A DNA stretch of 53,057 nt, counting the filler, from Sphacelaria rigidula (Eukaryota), in assembly GCA_964200075.2 (NCBI GenBank). It is 4 parts of 4 records of this genome, joined end to end, with 100 filler letters (N's around TTAATTAATTAA, not from the genome) between each part and the next. Parts side by side here need not be neighbours in the genome. Positions count along the whole stretch, not along the records: positions 26,582 to 39,770 come from CAXNAA020003082.1; positions 39,871 to 53,057 come from CAXNAA020003083.1; 2 more parts are not named here. One strand, 5' to 3'. Positions 29,233 through 40,336 of this stretch are shown piece by piece. The notes beneath the pieces were generated by a model. That model had not been told where the DNA came from, did not search any database, and saw only the letters and a program-made list of their open reading frames with translations. Numbering within the stretch: the stretch's first letter is position 1; each line of letters begins with the position of its first letter. The translations under genes and the position numbers were made by a program.

Positions 29233-32200
29233 CTGTCTGTCGGAAACCAACGCCACCAACGTCCGCTGTCCGTCGAAACTCTCGCTTGCAGCCGGGACAC
29301 ATCTCCATGAAGAGGTTGCCATGTAGCTCGCACAGCTTTTCTCGGGGGATGCCCGACCGAAGGTGTAACCCTGGTGGTGTGTCGGTCAAAATTCAAGAGC
29401 GTCGCGACGGAATCGACCAAGATAGTTGGAATGTACATGTTCTTGACCAGCAACCCGAGTCGAGGGGGGGTGTTGGACGTTTTGTCTTCTTCTCGTTGCA
29501 TTCCAATGTCTCACGGTGTTGTGATCATCGCTACGCGATTGACACCTTTTCGTGATGTGTGATCGACCATCACGTTCAAGCGTTTATTCGCCATGACACC
29601 GCTGTTTCTGCATCGACAGCCCTACCACAATACCGCCACAGCTGACCAAACCTCTTCAGCGCCGCCTGGTGTATTAAAGGCTAGCATACCGCCCTTATCG
29701 GCCGACCATTCCTATATACCGTATGCATGCTGTCGCACGTGAGGCTCAAGTTACGTGACGAGTGTTCAGCGGCTGAAAAGGGTCTAGCAGCACTACCAGC
29801 ACTATTCTACATCCAACACCACCGTAACCCTACTATAAACCTCACCATACGGTCGAAAGGATTTTGTGGATTCGAATCCGGGCAAGCGTATCGTTTTTCG
29901 GGTTTCCATCGATTGACAGCGCAAGGACGACAGCTGCTGAAAACATCAGTGAGACTGCGCCCATGCTGATCCGATGCTCGATGGACAGTGCAAGACAGGT
30001 TTCAGGGGAGACATGGGCTGATGTTCCCATGAGGCTATGAACTCGGCCCGAGGACAGGAGGGGGAAGGAGATAAAAGTACGAAAACACACACGACAAGAA
30101 CACACGACGACGACTATTACTACTACTACTACTACTACTACTTCTACTCCCCCTACATAGTCAACACGAGAAAGGGCAGCGTTTCTGCCTCAATGTCAAC
30201 GTTACGTCTGACCTTGCCATCCAACAAGCAAAAGATCAGCACTGGGCGACTCTCGCCACTGTCAGTACTACTGCTACTATTCCACAAAATTGTCGAGACT
30301 GAACAAACAACAAACGTTTCCAGAATGTGACCAGACAAAAAAAAGAGAAACCCCTCTCTCACCGTCCACGTTTTGACTGATGATGCCATGCAACAAGTTA
30401 GCATTTACAAGTCCCACAAGGGCCATGTGGCCCAGGGTAGGCACCGCGTTGTCCCAACACCGCTCGTACTTCGGCAAGGGCTTGCCTTGTTCTTCGAGAG
30501 TCCATACTCCCCTCTGTCCCCTGAAGTCGGGTATACCTGTGGAATTTGTAGGAGGGGACGGGGGGAAGTCCGGGGTGTACTCATGATCTTGCATGCCGGA
30601 ATCATAAGATCATTGACCTCGCGTCCCTACAATGTCGGGACGGAGCACGCCGAGTTTTCGCCGGACCAGGCTCGCAATCACCAAGCACGAAGCGCCGTGA
30701 TGTTTTTGATGAGTCGCATGAGGGATGACCTACATCCTGCTAAGAGTTGTCGGCCTGAAGCGTACTAAACTATTCTCAGGCATAGGGATGACAGCATCGA
30801 ATGAGTTGCATCATTTTCTGGGATCGCCACTACCACAGACAGCCGCGGGCTGCACAGTGCCTCATGGGTATCTCGCCATTTAGAAACTACGTAGTACGAT
30901 AATTCCCTTTGCGCGAAGTTGAGATTCTCCAACCCGCACAATATTGTCTAACTCGACCACCATCATCGTTACCGCTGAACAAAAAACGGTAACCCGGTTG
31001 CCTAGCTTGCGCAGGGGGTATCGTGTTTTACAAATTCATTGCCAACCTACGCCAACTCTCATAAGGGAAGGGGCAACATCATTCATGTAAGCTTTGATGG
31101 AATCAGAATGCTAGCGACCCAGTGAGTGCTGCGTGTTGCATATCCAGTTGTGCAGAGGATATGGCTCGTCGAATGTAGTTATATCTTCAGGTGTGAGGAT
31201 GTAAGAAGCATCTGCCGTACGTAACGTCCTGCGGGAATGAACACAGAATACCCACAGTACAGCACGCCGGACAGGTCGTGAGCTACCCGAGAATTACTTG
31301 GTATTAATATAATATTAGTGTACTGATCCGGATCATGAGCTAGCTCATTTGGCACATTTTTTCAAATTTTCTCCCTACAGCGCTGGACGGCGAGCACAAA
31401 GAGCAGCGCAAAGGTACAGTAGCGCCTTGGCTTTTTGGAGTGTTGTGTTGTTGGACAAGGGATCCGACAAGCCTTTTCGATTAGCTGCTTATTTTAGGTA
31501 GCTCATGAGGTGTCCGACGTGTGCACAGTGGGATGGTTAGACGGTCAGGTCACCCACCAATGGTATCCGCAGAAAACAGGGGACACATTTATCGAAATTG
31601 ACGCCCCTCAACACCGACACAGAGGAATGATTGATTCACCACAAGCCGAAGTGATCACTTTTTTTTTACCACCCCCCAAAAAATCGATGGTTCTCATGCA
31701 CGAACACGGTTCTCATGGTCGCCAATCTCCCACATGAGCGTCGTGTCTCCGTGTTAGTATACTACACTAAAACTAAGTTACACACATTTTTGTTATGCCA
31801 TAAATGGGACTCGAAAATGCCTCCTGTGCATACTGCGCAGGCAAAGGGGTCGGTTGACTCTTTGCGCACAGGGCGTCTTCTCGGGAAAATAATGGCGTCT
31901 GATTTCCAGCGCCAGCAACTCCAACTTTATCGCTGAGCACCTCTCTCTGTCAGCACCACCACTAATGGCGACACACTACAGCACCAATGCCGTGGTTCCC
32001 AACCCCTTGCTTACGCGATTTCTTGAAGCAAAATCAGTCGTATTTCCACATATATATATAGTAGTATTTCACCTAGAGTCTATCTCGGCGCCCAAAGGTT
32101 TACGTTACCCCTTCAAGCGCGACGCCAGCTTCGAACATCGACGCCTGACAATCCCCGCGATGGGTGGAAGACTGGAAGGGTGTGATATGCGAGGCATACT

Positions 32201-35200
32201 CAATATATCATGGAGCAGACTGAAACCATGACGATGTTAGATCGGTAATTTAGTGTTATTAGGGTGTGCGCAGGTCAACCATCGCGCGACGATGGGAATC
32301 GAACACACGAGTGTGGTGCGCGTTCAACATCACATTTGCTCAGTGTCCCGATGCCGCCGTTGGCTTGTATCGACGGAGATGGCCTTGCGCATACTTGTAG
32401 TAGAGCGCAGCCAAGATCAGCGCAGACTGAAACAGCTTAGGACAGACGGGGTGATTTTGTCTGTGATGTGGTGTGGACTGGTGGCTTGTAGTGTGGGGCG
32501 GGCTGAATGCCGTGGTCCGCTGGGATGACTGACTAATAGGTCCTTTCTTTTTCGCGGCCTTGACATCATCACATCATGACAAACCTTGGCAAAAGCAAAA
32601 ACGGTCACCCAGCTGTCCCGCGGCATGGCCATGCCACAGTGAGAGAGCTACGGCTCTTGCCAGCAAGGCGGTTGTACTGGTGCTCAAAGTCACGTGTACA
32701 CGGCGCGCTATGCGTCGAAGACGGCGGTCATGACCACCAAGCGTGGAGCGACTCGAAACAACTAGAGCTCAGCATAGCACAGCACAGCTAGCATACCATC
32801 AACACTTGCCGAGAGAGCGACAGTTGCAGGATATGGTCCATACGAACACGTGTTCCTCGCCATAATTCTGTAGCCGGCGTAGTCTCGAAAAAATATAAAT
32901 CTCCTGTGATTTCTTCGCAATCAAGGCTGAGGCATGCTTGAGCAACGGACACAGCAAAATGACAAATAAAGATGGAAATATTGCGTTTGCTTTCCCCAAC
33001 TCCAGGCGCTACCGGATAGTGTAGCTTCTGATGCCATATTTCTATTATTGTTCGTTGCCAAGCGTAACACACCAGCCGCAGTTGACAGCCCCGCCCCCGT
33101 GTGTGCCACCACGAAAGAAGCGTCCCGAAGGAGTTGAGCCAGTTGCTTGGCCTGCGCTTGGATCTCCTCTGCCGAGCTCTCAACCTCCTTCGCCCCGCAT
33201 CGCCCTTTGTCGTGTCCTGTGACGCGCGTGGAAGCAAGGAGAGATGTTTCGCCGCCAAAAAGATCGCGCGGGTTGGACATACGGTTGAGCGCTGTAACGG
33301 CGTGCTTTGTGCGATGCCGAACGTGAAAACAGCGTGTCTGGGCTGGCGAAGTAACGTCGTGGACCCACCACAGTGTACCGTACCGTTTGATACCTGCCTA
33401 TGTACCGACGGTAGCTTGATGGCTATCCCATTAACCCTCTGAACGCGGGGGTAGGTCATCCAGGCCACGCAGGAATTTTTCATGTGAGATTGGTGCCGAT
33501 TCAACAGATGACCTCCCCTGGCGGTCAAAGGGCGGCACTTTGAAACGATATCGCCAGGTGCCCTGTGATGCAGATGCCACCTAACACTATAACTGAGTAC
33601 AGGACGTAGCTCGTCCCTGTCTGCAAGCACCACCCCCGATGAAGGCATACCGTTTATTTTGGGGTACTCAACCCCTGGTTCGTGCTCGTTGTTTAAAAAA
33701 AGCAGTCTCCTGTCACATATAGCAGGCCATCACACGATAGGGTATCTGAAAACCGTGAAACACGAAAAAGATGTTTGTACTATTTCAATAGTTGTCCTTG
33801 ACGAGGAGGGGGGGTCGGCTGGGCGGCGTTTGTTGCTGCGTGCGATCGATCACATGTGCTGCGTGGGCATCTATGCCGCAGATTGCAAATGGTACCTAGT
33901 TGTGCTGCTCAACAGCTCTCGCCACAAAAATTCATTTTACAGTAGCGAATGTGTCATGCTCTGCGATTTGTACTGCGCTCTCGTTATACTCCTTTAGTAC
34001 CGGTTTGAACTTTCCATGGTTGATATCTGTCGATTTCATATAGGCTGTGACTACGGTGACGATTCTTACATGTTTCAACCAGAGTCAAACTGAACCCACT
34101 GAAAATCGATGAGACCGACGTTTATGAGCGGTAATCTGAATTAGAACTTTTAAGGTGATTTCAGTTCAGGGTATTTGAGATGCGGTGATTTGGGTGAAGG
34201 TGCATTCTACGACATCACTTGGACCAATTGTATGCGATTCTGGTGATGTCGTGAAATGTTTGACTGTGTTGCAAACAAAAGGTTACACCAAAATATTTCC
34301 ATGGTTGGAAATTCACACCTGATGGGATTGATATGTGTGACCAAGCGCTGTACACAAGAACCACAAGCACGATGACGCTCCAGCCAAACCCAGGATGCCT
34401 GCAGCGACCTTCCCCCTACCTACCTACAAGTCGGGATCAAACGCTCTATTCAATTTCCGGCGTAGCATGAGCTATGCCAAAAAACGATAACAACGGTAAT
34501 TGAACGAAGGGTCGGACAAAGGATTCGTCTAAAAGTCACTTGTTTTTAGTGTAATTGAATTTAACCCTGAAACTCTGTTTTAAGCGTAGCACCCCAGGTT
34601 AAGGTACGCGCACCCCAGGCACATGGAATAGCGCAAAATCGCGTAGAGACGTTTTCGACCACCGATCAACTTTTTCTTCTCTTCCGAGCAATCAGGCCTC
34701 AACAATACTAGATTCGGTGATTAAGATCATAGTTAAAGTGTGATGATTTGTCCGACCGTGGATCAAACAATACCGCGTGGTGTTGACATCAAGGCTGTAA
34801 CGGCGACACACGCCATGTCTTGATGAGTAGACAACCGCGATGCTGTTTGGGCGCGATGCTGTTTGGGGCGAGACAATTTGTCTGAACGGCCCCATCGTAG
34901 AGCAAAACGGGACTCACACGAGCTGAGTTTCCTTCTCGCTGTTCAACCAGCTGTGCACTCAAGTACGCCACGATATCGGCATAGGAGTCCAGATTATAAC
35001 CGTCAAAGTAGCACCAAACGCCTCGTAAACAACCACACCCCAGATTCAGGGGGTCCGAAAGCGCAGGTGATCTAGGGCCCAGATTGCCGGGAAATCTTGG
35101 AATAAAAATCTCGGGTGGCCTCAATCCCGGTGATGTAACCATATTTCCCCCCAATATATATATATGGTCAGCCTATTTGACCGCAGATGATGGAGCCGTT

Positions 35201-35764
35201 CAGACTCCTTTTTTGTGCCGAAATCACCCCGCATAAAATTTCGCCCAGAGTGTGCTGGAATCATCTCGGGTATGTATATAAACCAAGTCGTTCAGAGGCA
35301 GCATGACCCCCCAGGTGGTCTGGTTACGCGAAAAATGCTGTCAGAGGGTCAAAACAGACACTATTCGATCCGTTTACACTTTGGACCGATAAGAAGTGGT
35401 ATTACCCACATTTGGCGTTCCCCATACAAGTGGCTTTATAATAATAAAAAAATGGCTTTTCCCCCCACCGAAGTTGCTTCAGGATAATCTAACTGCAGGC
35501 GATCAGGCCGCTAGGCAACTTGTCTGGTCCAAATTACCTCGCCACTAAAGTCGATCTCAATGCGTCGTCCAACGTGTCATGAAAGATGGTGTACATGTTC
35601 GCAGATCGACCTTCTGGAAAATACCGTTCGTGACTGTCTCACAAAAAATGCGTCGCCGGCATTTTCTGCAGCGAGCACAATGCTCCGGACTCACCCTTCT
35701 GTAAGCGGCGCGCGTAGCCCACAGGCTCCACGCTCTGCTTTGAGCTAGACCGACCCCTCTTCAT
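29233..35764 (-). CDS. SIRT6: NAD-dependent deacylase, class IV sirtuin (SIRT6/SIRT7/plant SRT1-like), 5' four exons
   Basis: Exons: 35764-35695 (MKRGR...VGYARRLQK), 33216-33073 (HDKGRCGAKEV...VVAHTGAGLSTAA), 30536-30363 (IPDFRGQRGVWT...PTLGHMAL...IISQNVD), 29370-29233 (LHLRSGIPREKLCELHGNLFMEMCPGC...GFRQT). All joins are in frame and phase 1. The YAxxL..DKGxCG N-terminus resembles SIRT6/SRT1. I found no downstream exon (LDWE motif) on this contig. Confidence 0.88.
30110..30148. repeat. (TAC)n microsatellite
   Basis: Directly visible run of TAC units. Confidence 0.9.
30550..31075 (-). mobile_element. Non-LTR-like fragment, family B (longest copy)
   Basis: Colinear with 18650-18955 and 28785-29100 and, further on, with 39871-40120. 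Confidence 0.75.
33435..33532. mobile_element. 98-bp piggyBac-like MITE, copy 3
   Basis: TTAA|CCCTCTGAACGCG...GCGGTCAAAGGG; internal TGCCGATTCAACAGA is shared with the other copies; right TTAA absent. Confidence 0.7.
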
Positions 35765-36398
35765 GTCCAGTGCAGCAAACAAGTACTGTAGTAGTACCGC
35801 AGCACCAAACGCCCTGAAACAGATAGAATCGTAGATATCTTGGAAGCTGAGCTGCAATCTCCACCGACAGACATAGAGGAAGGTACAGTAGAGCATGCGG
35901 TTATTGAGCAGCACAGAGGTTACCAGTAAATTTTATTGTATGTACGATACTACAGTGATCGATATTCCTTCCGCATCCAGTCACAGGATGTTATTTAACG
36001 TAACGTGTTGGGGAAGCCGTCAGACATCTCTTGTCAATATACCACGATGAACTTGGTATCTCAAAAGCGCACCGCCTTGACTTCGATTACCGTTCATTAG
36101 CAGTGCTACAGTAGGGGGGTGGGTGTGGATGTTTTAGGCCATAAAAATACATTTCATGCACGAAGGAGCTACTTCACCTGCTTGAAAACGTTGAAAAGTC
36201 GTTGCAAGAGGATATTGAAAGGAATTCATTCGAACGCTCTTGGCATCAACATAATTCACGTATTCAAACCACTTGACCACATGTTCCCCAACGTAGAACC
36301 CCATCGCGACGGTGTGAGGTCTGGAGCTGTGTGTGGGTCGAGATTTCCAAAACCAATACGTACACCCAAGATATTACCAATAAAAATACCGCCAATAT

Positions 36399-36608
36399 AT
36401 CGCAAAATATGACTGAGGCAGTAAGTCCGAGACAAGACGCCCGCTCTCGGTTGGTGAGGGCCCCGCCGGAGGCGAGAAAAACTCGCGTGGTATAATAGCT
36501 TCATCGCAAAATATGACTGAGGCAGTAAGTCCCAGACAAGACGCCCGCTCTTGGTTGGTGAGGGCCCCGCCGGATGCGAGAAAAACTCGCGTGGTATAAT
36601 AGCTTCAT
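36399..36608. repeat. Recent tandem duplication, 2 x ~104 bp
   Basis: ATCGCAAAATATGACTGAGGCAGTAAGTCC...GTGGTATAATAGCTTC starts at 36399 and 36503 with only a few differences. Confidence 0.95.
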
Positions 36609-37277
36609 TATCTCTGAAATATCGAGCTCACTTTTGCTCACCACCCCAAGGTTAGCACTTCACGTGCAAAATGTGACTTTCGCCGAGAAAACGTGTTGGA
36701 CCAAATGATCATAGCAGTACCAATTGGATTATACGAGAAGAAATATATCCCAAAAAACCTATATAGGAGATTCACGGTCGACTTCGGCCAGGATACGGGG
36801 CTTCGCGGGTGGTACCGCCTGTGAAACACTTGTGCCCAACGGGAGGATTTTGGCGCACTTTTTCGATATTTGGTACGCCCAGTTTGACTTTTCGACTGGA
36901 AAAACGATTTGTCAAACAACCTACACCAACCCTATAGTAAAAGCAAGGAATCTATACTGCGCCCTTCATGGTACATTTCTCGCCTCGACATCGGATCGCG
37001 AAGTCTTTGATGTTCATACCCACCTGGTTGTGGCGGGGTCGTAACTGCACTATACCCACTCCCCAACACGAATCTGTAGGGGTGACGCAATCGCGCAACC
37101 AACATGGACACTTGCACCAGCCGCCACAGACTGCGGCGTAATTTCGCATTTCCTGTTTTCTTGTTTTTCGGTCTATTCATTGTGTCTGTTCCACCCTTCT
37201 GTTTTCTTCAGTTTCCTCCACCTACTATTACGGCCTGGGCCAGTCGTGAAACGTAGAACACCTCAGCACACAACAAC

Positions 37278-37499
37278 TTCAGTTTCCCGGATCAACACGA
37301 TTCAAGCACATCAGTGTGAACTGCAGACCAACTTGGTCATGGGTGCTCTGCCGCCATAAGACCAAAAGAAAAAATGTGCTGCGTGAAATGTAACCTCGAC
37401 AACGGAACCATATCCTGTGAAAAAGGACAGGATTCGTCGGGATTCGAACTCGTGGCGTCCATGACTAGAGTCTCCTGGATCACTTGAACTACAGGGCGC
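37278..37499 (-). mobile_element. tRNA-derived SINE, family 3
   Basis: Minus strand GCGCCCTGTAGTTCAAGTG...GAGTTCGAATCCC (A/B boxes); colinear with 50251-50480. Confidence 0.75.
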
Positions 37500-38034
37500 A
37501 TGGGTGTCACACAAAACACGTTCCACGCTGGGTCCAATTTTAGGAGTTTCGAGCCGAAAAATTACCAGGATCTCCTGCGCGTAAGTACAAAACTCTTAAC
37601 GGGGGATGTCGCCGCTTTTTTCACAGAGTCATGACATTTTTCAGTTTTCGCTGAAATTTCGAATCGCTCAAACTTTCTGATGTTTTTTCCTTCTGCGTAT
37701 CCCTGGAGATGTTGCGCACGTTGATGACAAAAAAAATATCGTGCCAGAATATCAGCGCCTAACGCCTCAAATTGACTATTTGATACTGGCAATGGGAAAG
37801 TGCTGATTTCGACGTGCTCTTTTTTACCGACATATTCGACCCGCGCGAGTTCCAAATGCCGGTGAATCGCGTAAATTTCGCACCTCAATCCTTCAACATG
37901 TGGTGAGGGATTTCTGTGTGCTCGGTCATACTACTTTGTTTCTGTGATATGGCTTAGCACGCTTGTCAAGTGTTGGGCGGGTACGACCTCCTGACCGCAG
38001 CACAACAACACTCCGGTGCGGTGCGTCACCACTA

Positions 38035-38381
38035 TAAAAGTGTGCCCCGGTGCCACACGGGACTAAATACATAGAAAATATACAGGCGCTGCTGATTTTT
38101 GTTTCATGAAATTCAGAGGCCGCGGTGCTGATTTTTGCTGTGCGCACAAAGTTGAACATACTTGACCTGTTGCGTCCCCTCACTGAATATAACGCATCCG
38201 ACAGCACCGGGGCTACATTTTTGGTGCAAGCATGACGTATGTTGATGGATTCTTCTGTGGCTTTTCACCGTGAAAATGGCTGTTGTCGGTATTTTCTTTT
38301 CCCATCTTTTCTTCTTTGTCAGCGCTTGAAATAATGAGGTATTTCGATCGGGGACGGGAGGGGAGGGTTCTCAGAGGGTTA
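38035..38381. mobile_element. Right part of a piggyBac-like non-autonomous element
   Basis: Homologous to 14500-14840; ends GGGAGGGTTCTCAGAGGG|TTAA. Confidence 0.75.
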
Positions 38382-39770
38382 AGCACCGCGTCACCGTATA
38401 ACCGACAAAAACCACTATCAGTCGGCCCAGCTCGTAGTGTTTCCGTTTCGTATTATCTCGGGTTCACCATGTGGATAATGACCACGGTAAGGCTGGATCA
38501 TGACTACCTGAGGGATCAGTTAATGTGCAACAATCAGTCAAAAATCAATCCATCAGCTCAATCGAACGCTTCTTGTGTAGGTATCCATCTGGATTCGCCA
38601 GCATTTCGACATCATTATGCCCCCACTGCGGAGGAGGATACATTTTTTTACAGACCATGGTCTAAGTTAATTCCAATCGCCCTCTTCAACATAAATGTAC
38701 GGCTACGATCTACTTCAACAGCGCTACGAGATAATGCTGTGGGCACCGAAAAGATGGAGCTGAAGGTGAATTGCACTCATGCCAATGTCGCATTATTTGG
38801 CTTGAGTGCACGCATTATGGTGAACTCTAATACTGCCTACTGGAATGAGATGATTGTGTGTGCCGTCTCAGCTCACGACCAATGATGCAGCATGAGGTTT
38901 TTAGGCCGAACAAGGTGTTTCATTCCAAACTACGTGTTGACTTATCGAATGATCTATCTGCTATACCACTCTCCAAAAACTATCCAAAAACTATCCACCG
39001 CCAGTTTGTGCCCTGTGGTGTATAGAACAGAGTCGAACTTTTGAACTTGTCTACAATATCAGTACAGAAGTAAACTCGGTTCAGTGCGAGCTGGGCCGGC
39101 CTAGGCGCGGATTAAGCTCTCAAAGCAATATCTCATCGACACAGACGAGTTGGGCCGTAATCCGCATATTGTATTAATTGTCTGATCAAGAGGAAGGTGC
39201 CCATCTGCTCAAACGTCTGAGCCAATGTTTTCTCGTTGATGAAACCCCATGTCTAGTAATTCCCATACCGTACGGAGATAGCGTCCATACTAGAGTCTAT
39301 ATGAAACCCCGAACGATATATACAGCGGATGATGACGATTTTGCGTGGGATTACCTGGAGCACGGGGAAACGATCGAAACTCTCACCTTCGCCTAATTTG
39401 TCCATCTATCTCGAGATACGGCGCACATCAGCAGCGAAGAGGGAAGGGGGAATACCATGTCACGCGGGCGTGCTGCAGGGAGCGGAGAGGTTCATGACCT
39501 CTTTGCACAAGATCGGGGAAGAGTCCAGCCGACAACGTGCGGTTAAATGGGATATTTGAGGAGAGAAGGGAGGAGATGGAAGAATGCGCAACCAGCTTAC
39601 ACCGAACTGAAAATGGCGGAAGTGGCAGAACCCCCCATCATCTCCCCCTTGTATTTTTTTTCTCTTAACTGCTGGCTCCACCGCACCCCTCCCCCCGAGG
39701 TGGTGTGGGGGGTGGATGGTGAGACACCCATGAGGCAGTGTATAAGCCATGGCTGTCTCTGGAAGTGGCG

Positions 39771-39870
39771 NNNNNNNNNNNNNNNNNNNNNNNNNNNNNN
39801 NNNNNNNNNNNNNNTTAATTAATTAANNNNNNNNNNNNNNNNNNNNNNNNNNNNNNNNNNNNNNNNNNNN
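39771..39870. other. Artificial contig spacer N44-TTAATTAATTAA-N44
   Basis: Same 100-nt spacer as 13192-13291. Confidence 0.98.
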
Positions 39871-40336
39871 CACTTCCAGAGATATCCATGGCATTTACAC
39901 TGCCTCATAGTTGTTTTCACCATTTAAACACTACGTGGTACGATCATCCCCATTGTGCGGAGTTGAGGTTCTCCCACGCCGCACAACATGATCTGGCTCG
40001 ACTCATGGTTCCCGCAAAATAAACCCAAGCGCGCAAAACAAAAATGGTAACCTGATTGCCTAGCTTACGCAGTGAGTGGCGTGTTTTATAGCGCCACTGC
40101 CGACCGACGCCAACCCCATCGGGGGTCCGCCCCTACAGAGCCGGGACGGGGCACGTGGGTTCTCGCCGGACCAGGCTGGTGATCGCTAGGGGGAAGATAA
40201 AATGTACAGCTGCAGTGCGAGTGTGTTCAGTGTCCCCAAGCTGGTTTCTCAACATACGAACTGTGATTTGACAGCGACAACAACAACGAGAAAACGAGGG
40301 AACGACACAAGCGACCACGTGAAAAAAACGGTGCAC

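Noticed and set aside
32788..33648. 286-aa minus-strand ORF
   Set aside because: Alternative-frame overlap of sirtuin exon 2; it runs through a MITE and has no domain features.
38283..39560. 200-aa and 72-aa plus-strand ORFs
   Set aside because: The first begins inside a TE end; neither shows a recognisable motif or exon chain.
39715..39930. Apparent palindrome centred on the third gap
   Set aside because: Both contigs break inside the same high-copy family B repeat; the adjacency is artificial.
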